DNA from: Bacteroidota bacterium
GTDB lineage: Bacteria; Bacteroidota; Rhodothermia; Rhodothermales; Bin80
Assembly (NCBI GenBank): GCA_028875125.1
Contig: JAPPGC010000104.1
Location: 24,746-88,745, forward strand
Direction: 5' to 3'
DNA length: 64,000 nt
Shown: piece by piece, positions 18,883-30,301 of the stretch
Position numbering within the stretch: position 1 is the first letter of the stretch
Layout of the letters: each line of letters starts with the position of its first letter
Notes under the pieces: generated by a model
The model's input: the letters and a program-made list of their open reading frames with translations, nothing else
Database searches by the model: none
What the model was told of the DNA's origin: nothing
Program-made: the position numbers and the translations under genes

Positions 18883-20199
18883 ATGGCACTTGTAGCGATT
18901 GTTGGCCGTCCAAATGTGGGAAAGTCGACGCTGTTTAATCGGTTGACGGAATCGCGTCAGGCAATTGTACATGACGCGCCCGGGGTTACGCGGGATCGTG
19001 TCTATGGTCATGTAATCTGGAACGGAAGGGAGTTTGCACTCGTGGATACCGGGGGCTACGTGCCGCGGAGTGCAGATCGGTTTGAGCGCGCAATACGTGA
19101 ACAGGTTCAGATTGCACTTACAGAAACTGATATTGTCCTATTGATCACGGACGTCATGGCAGGTGTGACCGATCTGGATCAGGAAATGGCGCGGATGCTC
19201 CGACGAAGCAACAAGCCAGTGTTCGTCGTTGCGAATAAAGCCGATAACGAAAAGCGTCAGTGGGAAGCGGCATCCATGTATAGTCTGGGGCTGGGCGAAG
19301 TCTATCCCGTGAGTGCTACGAACGGGATGGGCACAGGTGATTTTCTGGATGCGGTTGTCGCCGCACTACCCAAAGAAGAACAAAATGAAGATGACGGTGG
19401 CGTGAGGATTGCCCTCATTGGACGGCCGAATGTCGGAAAATCCCAACTCACGAACACATTGCTGCGACAGGAACGCTCTATTGTAACGGAGATCAGCGGT
19501 ACAACGCGGGATGCCGTTGATGCAGAGCTGACCTATAAGGGGGAGGCCATCACATTGGTTGATACGGCCGGGTTAAGGCGGCGGACCAAGGTCCGTGAGA
19601 ATGTGGAATTTTATGCTACACTGCGTACAGAACGCGCGATTCGTAGTTGCGATGTTGCGGTACTGCTTCTGGATGCGACCGTGGGTCTGGAAGCCCAGGA
19701 CATAAATATTCTCAAGGAAGCGGAAACATTAAAAAAAGGTCTCGTGATTGTTGTTAACAAATGGGACCTTGTTGAAAAGGAAACAAACACAGCCAGAGAC
19801 AATGAACGCGCGATCCAAGAGCGTCTGAAGACGCTGGATTACGTTCCGATCCTGTTTGTTTCTGCACTTACCGGTAAGCGTGCGCATCGTGTACTGGATG
19901 TCTGCTTGGAGATAATGCGCAATGCGGCATATCGCGTGCCAACATCCGAGCTCAATCGAATGGTGCAGCAATCGATCGGGCGCTATCATCCTCCCACTTG
20001 GCGTGGGCGGTATGTTCAGATCAAGTATACAACCCAAGTTGGGGTATCTCCGCCGCTTTTTGCGTTCTTTTGTAATCATCCCCAAGGTGTTGGGACGGCT
20101 TATGCCCGTTATCTCGAAAACCAGCTTCGAAAAGCGTATGGCTTCGTGGGGGTTCCGATTACCCTGGCTTTTCGGCGTAAATCTCCAGAAGACGAATAA
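18883..20199 (+). CDS. der: Ribosome-associated GTPase Der (EngA)
   Basis: Two tandem GTPase domains ([12 protein letters not shown] and [28 protein letters not shown]) plus a KH-like C-terminus. Confidence 0.95.
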   Translation: MALVAIVGRPNVGKSTLFNRLTESRQAIVHDAPGVTRDRVYGHVIWNGREFALVDTGGYVPRSADRFERAIREQVQIALTETDIVLLITDVMAGVTDLDQEMARMLRRSNKPVFVVANKADNEKRQWEAASMYSLGLGEVYPVSATNGMGTGDFLDAVVAALPKEEQNEDDGGVRIALIGRPNVGKSQLTNTLLRQERSIVTEISGTTRDAVDAELTYKGEAITLVDTAGLRRRTKVRENVEFYATLRTERAIRSCDVAVLLLDATVGLEAQDINILKEAETLKKGLVIVVNKWDLVEKETNTARDNERAIQERLKTLDYVPILFVSALTGKRAHRVLDVCLEIMRNAAYRVPTSELNRMVQQSIGRYHPPTWRGRYVQIKYTTQVGVSPPLFAFFCNHPQGVGTAYARYLENQLRKAYGFVGVPITLAFRRKSPEDE

Positions 20200-20252
20200 T
20201 GGAACAATCACCGCCCGGTTTGATATTCAGGGGCTGAACGGTAGATAGCCCC

Positions 20253-20963
20253 ATGCCTGGTGTACCGAAGAATACCAAAACCGAGAACGAACGAAATCTC
20301 AATTTCTGGGAGCGACTATATCTTCCAGAAATCTTCAAAGGTCTCAGGTACAGCTTCCGTAAGATGGTTAGGGAACCGTCCTACACGACGGAGTATCCAG
20401 ATGAACTTTGGGAGCCCCCTGATTCTTACCGCGGGCGCCCCGTTCTTGTAGAGGAAGAAGGCAAGCCGCGCTGCGTATCCTGTAATCTTTGCGCCAAAGC
20501 ATGCCCTCCAATGGCAATAGCAATGCAGTCACGCGAGGTGGATGATCCGAACAGCAGCAAAGAGCGTGAACCAGCCTGGTTCGAGATCAACATGCTCCGC
20601 TGCATCTATTGCGGATTCTGTGAGGAAGTTTGTCCAGAGGAAGCTATTGTGATGTCAAAGGAGTACGATCTCACTTTTCATGGACGGGATGAGGCAATCT
20701 TCGGGCTCGATCGGTTGTTGGTGCCCGCAGAGCGACTCACAGATCGACTTGATTATCTGGAGGAAGCCCGCAATAAGCAGGAGAACGCGGATGCGTGGCA
20801 GCACCGCAAGGATAATAACCTGCACAGTTTAAGGGACCGCAAGTATGTGCGTGAGTTGGCCGAGACGGAAATGCCGGAATTGAAGAACACGCATTTGCGC
20901 TCAGAGACCCCCATTGCTGCTGCCAACACATGGGAAGGCCGTCCTTCGTCAGACGATGCCTGA
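20253..20963 (+). CDS. nuoI: NADH-quinone oxidoreductase subunit I-like 2x[4Fe-4S] ferredoxin
   Basis: YRGRPVL...[12 protein letters not shown]...[16 protein letters not shown] matches NuoI/TYKY. A C-terminal tail of about 70 aa has no NuoI counterpart. Confidence 0.8.
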   Translation: MPGVPKNTKTENERNLNFWERLYLPEIFKGLRYSFRKMVREPSYTTEYPDELWEPPDSYRGRPVLVEEEGKPRCVSCNLCAKACPPMAIAMQSREVDDPNSSKEREPAWFEINMLRCIYCGFCEEVCPEEAIVMSKEYDLTFHGRDEAIFGLDRLLVPAERLTDRLDYLEEARNKQENADAWQHRKDNNLHSLRDRKYVRELAETEMPELKNTHLRSETPIAAANTWEGRPSSDDA

Positions 20964-21411
20964 GCCAGATCCAGCGCGCTCTCGCAGTGCAGTGCTGGAT
21001 CAACTGCGCTACCTAATAGACGAGATCGCAGCACTGCGACAGATTTCAGCACGCCTGAATGAGTCGCAAATCACCAACACTGAACGCGGACTATCAGTCA
21101 AACAGTGCTATGGTGCGATTATCATGCGAGATCGAAACAAAATTCTTCCCGCCCTGAAAAATATATCGGGGCGTACGATTACCCCGAAGGCCTCGTCTGT
21201 AGATTGGAACAGCATACCCATGACGGACATCCTTGTGCAGGTTGAATCCGCCCGCAGATCAGTCATTGAGGTTGCCGAAAATCTAAGTTCGGAGGCTTGG
21301 TCACAGCAGATTACGGAGGGGGAGGATGTCTTTCAATTCCTTTTAACTGCCTCGCAGCAGGATACGGACACGCTTCGTACCGTTGCAGAAAGGCTATATC
21401 GTACTTGGTGA
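20956..21411 (+). CDS. Hypothetical protein, possibly DinB-like four-helix bundle
   Basis: ATG 20956 overlaps the nuoI stop (ATGCCTGA). The sequence is helical with weak DinB_2-like character. The family assignment is weak. Confidence 0.4.
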   Translation: MPEPDPARSRSAVLDQLRYLIDEIAALRQISARLNESQITNTERGLSVKQCYGAIIMRDRNKILPALKNISGRTITPKASSVDWNSIPMTDILVQVESARRSVIEVAENLSSEAWSQQITEGEDVFQFLLTASQQDTDTLRTVAERLYRTW

Positions 21412-22484
21412 TGTCTGCAGCGGGCAGTAAGCGCAAAAGAAAATCTTCGCTCCAGATCTATAAGGATCTGAAAAAAGATTTTGAGGGAGGACGCTTCAAA
21501 CCGGTCTATCTTTTCTATGGAGAAGAGTCATACTTTGCAGATCAGCTGCAGCAGATTCTTATTGATCATACGATTCCCCTGGAGGATCGAGACTTCAACC
21601 TTGATGTAGTCTACGGACCGGATGTAGCTGCTAAAGATGTACTGGGTATATGCCAAATGGCCCCCATGCTGACTGAGCGACGTATTGTCGTCATACGGGC
21701 ATTCGATAAGCTTAAGGGAAACCAGATATTTGCAACGCTGGCTAAATGGCCAAATCCAGCGGCGGTTGTGCTCCTAATTTGCGAAAACCGCCCAAGGGTT
21801 AATGCGAACCCTTATAAAACGCTGAAAGAAAACTCAAAAGTCGCTCAGGTTGTCGAATTTGCTCCGTTGTGGCGCAATCAGATGGGATCGTTTTTACGTG
21901 AGTATGCGCAGTCCCGAGGTTATAAGTTGGAAAGGAATGCTGAACAGCTGCTGATAGAGTTTCTTGGCACCGGATTGGCCCTACTCACGCAGGAGATCGA
22001 AAAGCTCATCACTTATGTGGGTGCGTCTGAAGAGAGAGTGATTACAGAACAGGATGTTCTGCAGGCCAGTGGACAGACTCGGGAGATCAATATATTTGAG
22101 CTACAGGATGCCATCACGGATCGCAGACGGGTTGAGGCGCACAGGATTGCAGAGCAGTTGTTGCTAGGTGCTTCTTCAAGACAGGGCGAGTGTCTACGAA
22201 TTGTGTCCGTATTAAGCCAACATTTCCTCAAGCTCTGGAAATTGCATGGCTGTCCCTCATATGGCCTCAAACCCGCCGAGATTACCAAGAGGACCGGCGT
22301 TCCTTCCAACATGATTTATAAATACAGGCAGGCTGTACGCAAATGGCCACTGCCAGAAATCAAACAGGCCATGCAACTGTTTCTGAGCGCAGACAGCGAA
22401 ATCAAAGGATTCTCCAAACGTAGCCCACATGTAATCATGACTCTTTTGATTGTACGGCTTTTGTCTGAACCTTTGCGGTACTAA
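21411..22484 (+). CDS. holA: DNA polymerase III delta subunit
   Basis: The N-terminus ...GRFKPVYLFYGEESYFADQL is typical of HolA, and the size is about 357 aa. ATG 21411 overlaps the upstream stop (TGATG). The track's longer 5' extension was rejected. Confidence 0.8.
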   Translation: MSAAGSKRKRKSSLQIYKDLKKDFEGGRFKPVYLFYGEESYFADQLQQILIDHTIPLEDRDFNLDVVYGPDVAAKDVLGICQMAPMLTERRIVVIRAFDKLKGNQIFATLAKWPNPAAVVLLICENRPRVNANPYKTLKENSKVAQVVEFAPLWRNQMGSFLREYAQSRGYKLERNAEQLLIEFLGTGLALLTQEIEKLITYVGASEERVITEQDVLQASGQTREINIFELQDAITDRRRVEAHRIAEQLLLGASSRQGECLRIVSVLSQHFLKLWKLHGCPSYGLKPAEITKRTGVPSNMIYKYRQAVRKWPLPEIKQAMQLFLSADSEIKGFSKRSPHVIMTLLIVRLLSEPLRY

Positions 22485-22672
22485 TTGCGTTGGCATTGTC
22501 CAAGGGTTCTGTGAGGATCTTTGCAAACGCTTTCATGTTATGGTTATCCGAGGTGCTTCGGTCTGGCTCAAATCAGGGAACATTTGTGTTCTGCCTTCGC
22601 TACGCCACGTCTCAAGAAGCCAATCTCACGCTGGAAACTGATCGTATGAATGACAAATAGCTACTCTCGCTC

Positions 22673-23113
22673 ATGTTGAGGAAAGCCCATTGGATGGACG
22701 AACTCTTGTGCGAGTACGCAGACGGGACGATGGACCGTAGCGTTCGCACTGTGTTTGAGGAGTGTGTGAAAGGCGATAGAAGGCTTGCAAGCCAGGTCAG
22801 GTGCTTGCGTTGTATACGACGCTTACTGTGTGATCATCGTTTGCGAACTCCAATTGGTTTGCGTGAGTGTGTTCGTAGGCGCTTGTATCGTCATTTGCCG
22901 TTTGCCAGTCCAGTGCGTCCACCACACACGAGTATTTTGGTCGGCACGGCCATTGCGATTGTTTTGGCGGCGGGGCTTGTAGCCGGTGCTTCGCAACAGG
23001 TACCCAATTCGGTAATGAGGATGCATGGTGGGGTGCAATCTGTTTTGGAAGCGGATCCTGGGTCAGTTAAAAAGGTTCACGGTCGGCCCCTATGGGAGTA
23101 TCTGTCTGGTTAG
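22673..23113 (+). CDS. Hypothetical single-pass membrane protein, anti-sigma-factor-like N-terminus
   Basis: DELLCEYADGTMD...FEECV...C.RC resembles a zf-HC2 anti-sigma N-terminus but lacks the His. There is one TM helix (ILVGTAIAIVLAAGLVAGA). No sigma gene lies adjacent. Confidence 0.35.
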   Translation: MLRKAHWMDELLCEYADGTMDRSVRTVFEECVKGDRRLASQVRCLRCIRRLLCDHRLRTPIGLRECVRRRLYRHLPFASPVRPPHTSILVGTAIAIVLAAGLVAGASQQVPNSVMRMHGGVQSVLEADPGSVKKVHGRPLWEYLSG

Positions 23114-23190
23114 GGGCTCTTAGCTCAGTGGTTTAGAGCGCTCGCCTCACACGCGAGAGGTCACAGGTTCGAATCCCGTAGGGCCCACCA
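23114..23190 (+). tRNA. tRNA-Val (anticodon CAC), CCA encoded
   Basis: Cloverleaf folded by hand. Acceptor gggctct/agggccc (one G-U pair), D arm gctc-agtggttta-gagc, anticodon arm ctcgc-ctCACac-gcgag, variable loop aggtc, T arm acagg-ttcgaat-cccgt (one A-C mismatch), discriminator A, then CCA. Confidence 0.9.
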
Positions 23191-23219
23191 ACTGCTTACA
23201 CTAAATTACTCATCTCAAA

Positions 23220-25550
23220 ATGATGCGAACTCTTCCAATTTTGGCCATTGTAGCCACATTGACAGTGCCTTTTACAGGAGCCTCTCCTTCTGAATCAATG
23301 GCTGGTTTTGGCGGAGCGATTGTTGCCGGAGATGGTTACCTGTTTGTAGCTGAGCCTCGGGGCTTCAAAAACCCGGGAATGGTTCATGTTTACGTGCGTG
23401 GTGCGGATCAGGAGTGGTTACTGAGGAGTTCACTGCGTGCTCCAAATGCCCACGTTAATGATGGGTTTGGGAGCACGATTGCGTATGGAAACGGAACATT
23501 GGTTGTTGCGAGTGCATCCGCCGTTTATGTTTTTGAGCAAGAGGATGGAACGGGCAATTTCGTTCAAACAGGAAGACTCGCGTCAGGTCATCCCGCCTTC
23601 GGCAGTGCACTAACAGCAGATGGGGGATGGATTGCTGTAGGTACTGCACAGCGAAGTGCAGGCGATGTGTTCGTTTTTTATCGAAACCCTGATGGCGCTT
23701 GGGTTGAGGGTACAAGACTTGCCGATCCCAATGCAGAGGCGGAGTCAATGTACGGAATGACGCTTTCGATGGATCAAGGGCGTTTGCTCGGGGGTTCCCC
23801 TGGGGCCTGTAGTGCGTTCTTGTACGAGCAGGGCGACGATGAGTGGGAGCTTGTAGAAACTTTTTCGTGTGGAGAGCTGGGCACAGAGTCGGCGTTTGCA
23901 GCCTCTGTAGACTTAAAAGGAAACCGGGCAGCCATAGGGGCGCCTCGGCATAACAGCGGGGTAGGTGCAGTGGCTGTCTGGCGCCTAGGGGATGGCGAAA
24001 ATGCGATGTGGAGTGAAGGGGAAGCACTTATTCCTACTGATCAGTCAGGGCCCCAGTTTTTCGGTGCGCAGGTCCAGGTCCAGGATCCTCAATGGATTGT
24101 TGTTGGTGCGCCGATGGCCTCGGATATGGATGGGGCAGTACACGTATATCCGGTGCAGGAAAATGGATATGCCGAGTCGGACAACTACACAATAGTTCGC
24201 GGGCCCGGACCAAGATTTGGATCAGTTATAGCAATTTATGAATCAGTTATTGCAGTGGGTGCCCCGGGTGCAGCCTATGGAGAAGGCAGTGCCTTGTTGG
24301 TGGAAAGAACGAATGAATTTTGGGAAGTAACACATGAGATATTTAATGCAGGAGAACCGATGTCAAGTATTTCCGGGACCCAAGTGACCTGTGCAGGAGG
24401 AGAGGCGGAAAGCTATGACTGTGGTCTAGTGGATATGCTGGCGTTCCTGCCCAACCAGGAAATGGAGATGAATCGGGGTGTGCGTCTGAGTGATGTGTGG
24501 GGCTGGACGGATCCCGAAACCGGCATCGAATATGGTTTGATTGGCCATTTGGAAGGAACTGTTTTTATTGATTTAAGCGATCCATCCATGCCGAAATATC
24601 TGGGCACGCTGCCGCGCACAGAAGGCTCGCCTGGAAGTACCTGGCGGGATATCAAGGTGTATAAAGATCATGCGTTCATTGTGGCTGACGGTGCACGCGA
24701 GCACGGGATGCAAGTCTTTCACTTAACGCAATTAAGAGAGGTGACCTTTCCACCAGTGCAGTTTGCGGAAACTGCGCACTATGACAAGATTCACAGTGCT
24801 CACAATATTGTTATCAACGAAGACACAGGATTTGCCTTTGCTGTTGGTGCTTCCGGCGGAGCCGAGACTTGCGGCGGTGGCCTCCACATGATTGATATTC
24901 GTGAACCCCAAGCCCCCGTTTTTGCGGGTTGCTTTGCAGATGAAACGACCGGACGCCGTAAGACCGGATACAGTCATGATGCGCAGTGCGTGATCTATAA
25001 TGGACCGGATGCCGAATATGTAGGACGTGAAATCTGCATTGGTGCCAACGAAACTGCTATCAGTATCGCGGATGTCACCGATAAAGACAATCCGGTTGCG
25101 GTTGGAACAGGTTCCTATCCCGATGCAGGATATGTACATCAGGGCTGGCTTTCGGAAGATCACTCCTACTTCTATCAGAATGACGAACTGGATGAAATCG
25201 CCGGAAGGGTTGATAAAACACGCACACTGGTTTGGGATGTCAGGGATCTAAGTGATCCAATAATGATACGTGAATTCTATGGTCCCACTTCGGCAACAGA
25301 TCATAACCTTTATGTGCACGGTGATCTGATGTATCAGACCAATAATGCGAGTGGTCTGCGACTTATAGATGTATCAACACCGGACAATCCGGTGGAGATC
25401 GGTTACTTCGATACAACGCCGTATGGAACCGATGAAGCTGGATTCAATGGAACCTGGAGCAGCTATCCGTACTTCAAGAGCGGTATCATTGTGGTGACGA
25501 GTCGGCGGGAAGGCGTGTTTATTCTTAAGAAACAGACGGTCGATACCTGA
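23220..25550 (+). CDS. Secreted two-module protein: FG-GAP-like repeat N-half plus choice-of-anchor-B/LVIVD C-half
   Basis: Signal peptide. The N-half has repeated G.S(V/L)A..G..L(V/A)VGAP units. The C-half (from about aa 420) is collinear with 9996..11543 ([56 protein letters not shown]). It has no T9SS tail. Confidence 0.6.
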   Translation: MMRTLPILAIVATLTVPFTGASPSESMAGFGGAIVAGDGYLFVAEPRGFKNPGMVHVYVRGADQEWLLRSSLRAPNAHVNDGFGSTIAYGNGTLVVASASAVYVFEQEDGTGNFVQTGRLASGHPAFGSALTADGGWIAVGTAQRSAGDVFVFYRNPDGAWVEGTRLADPNAEAESMYGMTLSMDQGRLLGGSPGACSAFLYEQGDDEWELVETFSCGELGTESAFAASVDLKGNRAAIGAPRHNSGVGAVAVWRLGDGENAMWSEGEALIPTDQSGPQFFGAQVQVQDPQWIVVGAPMASDMDGAVHVYPVQENGYAESDNYTIVRGPGPRFGSVIAIYESVIAVGAPGAAYGEGSALLVERTNEFWEVTHEIFNAGEPMSSISGTQVTCAGGEAESYDCGLVDMLAFLPNQEMEMNRGVRLSDVWGWTDPETGIEYGLIGHLEGTVFIDLSDPSMPKYLGTLPRTEGSPGSTWRDIKVYKDHAFIVADGAREHGMQVFHLTQLREVTFPPVQFAETAHYDKIHSAHNIVINEDTGFAFAVGASGGAETCGGGLHMIDIREPQAPVFAGCFADETTGRRKTGYSHDAQCVIYNGPDAEYVGREICIGANETAISIADVTDKDNPVAVGTGSYPDAGYVHQGWLSEDHSYFYQNDELDEIAGRVDKTRTLVWDVRDLSDPIMIREFYGPTSATDHNLYVHGDLMYQTNNASGLRLIDVSTPDNPVEIGYFDTTPYGTDEAGFNGTWSSYPYFKSGIIVVTSRREGVFILKKQTVDT

Positions 25551-25644
25551 TCAATGGATCGTAGATGGTGTCAATTATATAACCGCCGGGCCGCATCATG
25601 GTCCAGCACGTAATCTGAATCGCACTTACCGGAGCCGCTCACAC

Positions 25645-26484
25645 ATGTACGTTCCACGTCGCCAGCGAATGCTGGATCAGTATCTGAAAGAGATAGGTCA
25701 AATTGACCTCGTAACTCCAGCGGAGGAGGCGGAGTTAGCACGGAAGATTAAACAGGGCGATGAGGATGCACTTCTGAAGCTTACGCGTGCCAATCTTCGG
25801 TTTGTAGTTTCAGTTGCGAAAAAATTTCAAGGACAGGGTTTGCATCTGACTGACTTGATCAACGAGGGTAATTATGGCCTCATCAAAGCCGCTAAGCGGT
25901 TTGATGAGACGCGTGGATTCAAGTTCATCTCCTATGCTGTGTGGTGGATTCGCCAATCTATCCTGCAGGCGCTGGCTGAGCAGGGACGTGTAGTGCGTTT
26001 GCCGCTAAATCAGATTGGCACGATAAGCAAGATTCGCAAGAGCAGCGCACGACTAGCCCAGGAGCATGAGCGTGACCCAAACCTGGAAGAACTGGCAACC
26101 GACCTCCAGATTGATATTGAAAAGGTTCGCAGTGCTGTGCAGCGCACTGCCAGGCACCTGTCTATGGACGCCCCCTTTAATGAGGACGACGAGAACAGCC
26201 TGCTGGATGTATTGCCCAGTAATGAGGTAGCTTCGCCTGACGAACCACTCCGTGGAGAGTCCCTGAAGATTGATATTGAGGTGGCGCTCAGCAGCTTGAG
26301 TCCGCGTGAGGCAGAAATTACCCGTCTATACTTTGGGGTCGGTCGCGAGCATCCCCTGACACTGGAGGAAATCGGCCTCCGATTTGATTTGACAAGAGAG
26401 CGGGTGCGCCAGATTAAAGAAAAAGCCCTCCGTAAACTTCGCCAGAAACACAGGCGCGAAGATTTGAAAATGCACGACATGTAG
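25645..26484 (+). CDS. rpoD: Primary RNA polymerase sigma factor (Bacteroidota-type short SigA/RpoD)
   Basis: [67 protein letters not shown] and [18 protein letters not shown] cover regions 1.2 to 4.2 in 279 aa. Confidence 0.92.
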   Translation: MYVPRRQRMLDQYLKEIGQIDLVTPAEEAELARKIKQGDEDALLKLTRANLRFVVSVAKKFQGQGLHLTDLINEGNYGLIKAAKRFDETRGFKFISYAVWWIRQSILQALAEQGRVVRLPLNQIGTISKIRKSSARLAQEHERDPNLEELATDLQIDIEKVRSAVQRTARHLSMDAPFNEDDENSLLDVLPSNEVASPDEPLRGESLKIDIEVALSSLSPREAEITRLYFGVGREHPLTLEEIGLRFDLTRERVRQIKEKALRKLRQKHRREDLKMHDM

Positions 26485-26713
26485 CGGGAATTACAGTTCC
26501 CGATGAGATCCCCAACCCTTGCCTCGTAAAGCGCCGGAGTGGATACAGAATCCTGGTCGTCTATGAATGCGGATTTAACTGCTATGATTGGTAACGCCTG
26601 CGTGTGGCTTGTTCTGTGTGTAACAATGGCAGATACTACTTCGTAGACACGGATAGCCGATTGCAGTGCCACCCCGAAAAAAATCGCAAAATTAACTCTT
26701 CCAAACTTCTTCA

Positions 26714-28090
26714 ATGAGTACGCTCATGACTATTCGGCTCCCCTTACTGACGTCTTCGCGCATGTTTTGCGCAGGCTTGCTGGCCTTCGTCACTCTTGCT
26801 GCATCAGCCCAGGTACCCCAGGAAATTACATTTCAGGATGCAGTACGCATCGCGTTGGACCAGAATATTCAGTTGCGACAAAGCGCCAATCAGTTGCGGC
26901 TCAGTGAGATTGATGTTCGGTTTGCACGTGCGGCATATTTGCCAAGTTTTAACCTGAGCACAGGAGGCGGGACAAACTTCGGGTTGTCTTTTGACACAAA
27001 TGTTGGTGAGCTTCGCACAACGGCCAACTCACGATTCAATATGAGCGCGCGCACGTCAGTGACGCTGTTTGATGGTTTCCAGAGACAGTCGAATCTTCGT
27101 CAGAGCCGACTCAGCGTGACCGCAAACGACCTGACTCTTGATCGTCAGCGTCAGTGGGTGGTGTTCGAAGTTGCAAGCCAGTTTCTCGCCTATATCCAGC
27201 AGAGTGAACAGATTGAGGTTCAGCAGGAAAACCTAGCTGCCCAGCAGCAGCAACTGGCGCAGATTGAGGAGTTTGTACGGGTAGGTACACGTCCGGTATC
27301 GGATCTGTACCAGCAACAGGCCGCAGTAGAATCCGCAGAGCTGGCCATACTCACCACCGAGCGGCAGGCGCAGAATGTGATGTACCAATTAATACAGACT
27401 TTACAATTGGATCCACTGGGCAGCTACGAGCTCGTGGTTCCGGAATTGCAGGACGAATACTTGGTACCGGAAGAGTATGACCTGGGTGACCTGATCACGC
27501 GTGCGCGGCAGCAGCGAAGTGATTTGCGTGCACAGGAGATTTTCGTGCTTGCAGCCCGGCAAGGTCTTCGTGCAGCGTCCGGCAGCATGTTACCGCAACT
27601 CGGATTTTCGGCCGGTGCAGGTACAAGTTATAACAGTGGGATTAAGGCGGTTGATTTTGGTGAGCAGTTGGAGCGAAACCGATCTGAGTCAATTTCGCTG
27701 TCGGTAAGTGTACCGGTTTTTAATGGTCTCCGCACACGTACGCAAAAGCAGCGTGCACAGGTATCGTACGAAAACGCACGGCTCGCCGTCGAGAACACTC
27801 AGCAGCAGGTCGGAAATGAAGTTCGGGCGGCATATCATGATTATCTGATAGCTGAAAAAGAGTTGGAGGTATCTGAGAGGCAGTTGGTTTACCGGCAGCA
27901 GGCGTTAGACGCTGCTCGTGAGCGTTACAATGTGGGCGCTGTTACGCTCGTTGAACTTACGCAGGCGCAGTCTGAATGGGTGCAGGCGTCTCAGGATGCA
28001 ATCACCGCACGATACACGATTTTTGTGCGTAAACGATTGATTAGTTATTTCACTGGTGAACTGGATCCAAACCAACCATTATTTGACTAG
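26714..28090 (+). CDS. TolC-family outer-membrane efflux protein
   Basis: Signal peptide and duplicated OEP repeats (LR.S...L....A.....A.YLPS..., Y..G..T.LE(V)L.AQ), 458 aa. Confidence 0.85.
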   Translation: MSTLMTIRLPLLTSSRMFCAGLLAFVTLAASAQVPQEITFQDAVRIALDQNIQLRQSANQLRLSEIDVRFARAAYLPSFNLSTGGGTNFGLSFDTNVGELRTTANSRFNMSARTSVTLFDGFQRQSNLRQSRLSVTANDLTLDRQRQWVVFEVASQFLAYIQQSEQIEVQQENLAAQQQQLAQIEEFVRVGTRPVSDLYQQQAAVESAELAILTTERQAQNVMYQLIQTLQLDPLGSYELVVPELQDEYLVPEEYDLGDLITRARQQRSDLRAQEIFVLAARQGLRAASGSMLPQLGFSAGAGTSYNSGIKAVDFGEQLERNRSESISLSVSVPVFNGLRTRTQKQRAQVSYENARLAVENTQQQVGNEVRAAYHDYLIAEKELEVSERQLVYRQQALDAARERYNVGAVTLVELTQAQSEWVQASQDAITARYTIFVRKRLISYFTGELDPNQPLFD

Positions 28091-28097
28091 GATTCCC

Positions 28098-29462
28098 ATG
28101 GCAAAGAAAAAAAATCGAACTCGTAATCTTCTAATATTTGTTGCAATTGCAGTGGTCCTTCTGGTGGCTCTGGGTTTTGTTGGGCAGCGTATCTTCGGTG
28201 GTCCCAGTGCAGAGCGCGTGGAGATTGTCACAGCGGAATTACGGACGGTCACACAAACGGTGACCGCGTCTGGACGTGTGCAGCCGGAGGTGGAAATCGT
28301 GATTAGCCCCGATGTCTCGGGCGAAGTTGTGCAGTTACCTGTCGTTGAAGGTCAGCAGGTTCGCAGGGGAGAGCTGCTGGCGCGTATCAAGCCGGATTAT
28401 TACGAGGCTCAGGTAGAGCAGGCGGAAGCACAGCTTTCGCAGGCCAAGGCGAACCTGTCTCAGCGCGAAGCAAACCTCCTGCTGCAGGAGCAGATACTTG
28501 ACCGGCAGCGACAGCTTTACGAAGCACAGGTCATTCCTCTTGATGAATACGAGCAAAGCGAAACCCAGTACAAAATCGCCAAGACAGATCTGGACGCGGC
28601 AACGTTTAATGTAGAGAGTTCTGAGGCTCGTTTGCGGGAAGTTGAGGAACAACTCAGCAAGACCGCACTCTACGCACCGATGTCTGGAACGGTGAGCCAA
28701 TTGGATATTGAGTTGGGTGAGCGGGTGACGGGTAATGAGCTCCAAGCGGGCACTACGGTTATGAAGGTGGCACGTTTGGACCAGATGGAGTTGGAAGTGG
28801 AGGTCAGTGAGAACGATGTGGTCAATGTTGCGCTTGGTGACACCGCCTCCATTGAAGTGGATGCCTACCCTGAGCGCTTTTTTAAAGGGATCGTTACGGA
28901 GATCGCAAATTCGGCTCGACTGCAAGGAAGTACATTTCAGGAGCAGGTGACGAATTTTCCAGTCAAAATCCGAATCCTGGATCCGCATAATCCAGCTTCG
29001 CAGGCTCCCGGCGTTCTTAACGAGACACCTGCGGTTCAGGACTATCCGAGCTTCAGGCCCGGTATGAGTGGGACCGTCGATATCTTTACAAACACGGTCA
29101 CCGAGGTCGTTGCTGTTCCAATTCAGGCCGTGACCGTAAGGGATTTTAAAACAATTAATAGGGCTCGTGCCCGGCGAGCCGCCAGTTCGGGATCAGACTC
29201 GACGGCGGCAGACAACAGTGAAGTAAGATCGGCCTCTTCCTCGGATGAAGAAGATCTGCAGCGGATGGTATTTGTAGTGAATGACGAGATGAAGGCGGTC
29301 GCAACGGCAGTCGAAACAGGAATTTCTGACGATCAGTTTATTGAAATCAAGTCAGGTCTGGAAGAGGGACAGCGGGTGGTGAATGGTCCATACAGTGCCG
29401 TAAGCCGTGAACTCGGCGATGGAGACCTGGTCGAGGAGCGTGGATTCCGAGGTAGCAGATGA
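28098..29462 (+). CDS. Efflux periplasmic adaptor (HlyD/MacA family)
   Basis: ATG 28098 ([22 protein letters not shown] membrane anchor), a lipoyl-like G.V.....V.EG..V..G..LA.I motif, a long coiled-coil hairpin and beta-barrel domains. Confidence 0.85.
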   Translation: MAKKKNRTRNLLIFVAIAVVLLVALGFVGQRIFGGPSAERVEIVTAELRTVTQTVTASGRVQPEVEIVISPDVSGEVVQLPVVEGQQVRRGELLARIKPDYYEAQVEQAEAQLSQAKANLSQREANLLLQEQILDRQRQLYEAQVIPLDEYEQSETQYKIAKTDLDAATFNVESSEARLREVEEQLSKTALYAPMSGTVSQLDIELGERVTGNELQAGTTVMKVARLDQMELEVEVSENDVVNVALGDTASIEVDAYPERFFKGIVTEIANSARLQGSTFQEQVTNFPVKIRILDPHNPASQAPGVLNETPAVQDYPSFRPGMSGTVDIFTNTVTEVVAVPIQAVTVRDFKTINRARARRAASSGSDSTAADNSEVRSASSSDEEDLQRMVFVVNDEMKAVATAVETGISDDQFIEIKSGLEEGQRVVNGPYSAVSRELGDGDLVEERGFRGSR

Positions 29463-30205
29463 ATAACGGAACAAGCGGTCATCCGCTGATTCAGCTGCGC
29501 GATGTAAGGAAGCTTTATCCCATGGGCACGGAGATTGTCCGCGCATTGGATGGAGTAAGCTTGGATGTGTACCCGAATGAGTACGTAGCGGTCATGGGTC
29601 CCAGTGGATCCGGCAAGTCCACGCTCATGAACATGATCGGTTGCCTGGATACCCCTACGGATGGGAGTTATCTCCTTCGAGGGCAGAATGTAGGTGAGAT
29701 GGTTGATCACGAATTGGCAGAAATTCGCAATCGTGAGGTCGGTTTCGTTTTTCAAACCTTCAATTTATTGCCGCGCGTCAACTGTCTACAGAACGTAGAG
29801 CTTCCGCTTATATACAGCGGCAAGACGCGTGGTCAGCGCCGCCAAATGGCTGCACGTGCATTGGAGCAGGTTGGATTATCGGACCGGGTGACGCATAAAC
29901 CCAACGAACTGTCCGGTGGACAGCGCCAACGGGTTGCAGTTGCACGCGCCTTGGTAAATAATCCTGCATTGGTTCTAGCCGATGAACCCACCGGAAACCT
30001 TGATACCAAGACGGGTCGAGAGATTATGTCTCTTTTCGAGACACTTTACCGCAGGGGCAACACGATCATGGTGGTAACGCATGAAGAAGAGGTTGCCCAT
30101 CATGCACGCCGCATTGTTCGCTTGCTGGATGGTCTGGTAGAGAGCGACGTTCGTGTTGAAAACCCCTTACTGGCGAATCAGGATATCTCTGCTGTACCGG
30201 GTTAA
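29459..30205 (+). CDS. ABC transporter ATP-binding protein (MacB/LolD/FtsE-type ATPase only)
   Basis: Walker [11 protein letters not shown]-loop, signature [15 protein letters not shown], Walker [14 protein letters not shown]-loop VTHE. Its start overlaps the adaptor stop (ATGA). At 248 aa it has no permease domain. Confidence 0.9.
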   Translation: MNNGTSGHPLIQLRDVRKLYPMGTEIVRALDGVSLDVYPNEYVAVMGPSGSGKSTLMNMIGCLDTPTDGSYLLRGQNVGEMVDHELAEIRNREVGFVFQTFNLLPRVNCLQNVELPLIYSGKTRGQRRQMAARALEQVGLSDRVTHKPNELSGGQRQRVAVARALVNNPALVLADEPTGNLDTKTGREIMSLFETLYRRGNTIMVVTHEEEVAHHARRIVRLLDGLVESDVRVENPLLANQDISAVPG

Positions 30206-30301
30206 GAGAAGGCATGCCGGCCAGTAGGCTATGGGCAGTTGCCGGCGATCGGGCTGGCAGTAGTTTTCGTTCAGGTTGGATCGACTCCGGCACCGTGGTT
30301 G

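Noticed and set aside
26010-26714. 234-aa ORF antisense to rpoD. Similar long antisense ORFs occur at 28335-28988 (versus the adaptor), 56690-57307 (versus the dioxygenase), 23455-24027, 47765-48292, 12503-12991, 61858-62382 and 62443-62922 (both versus icmF).
   Set aside because: Each lies entirely or largely opposite a gene with strong family motifs. Their products are Arg/Ser/Pro-rich with no recognisable domains, which is typical of shadow ORFs.
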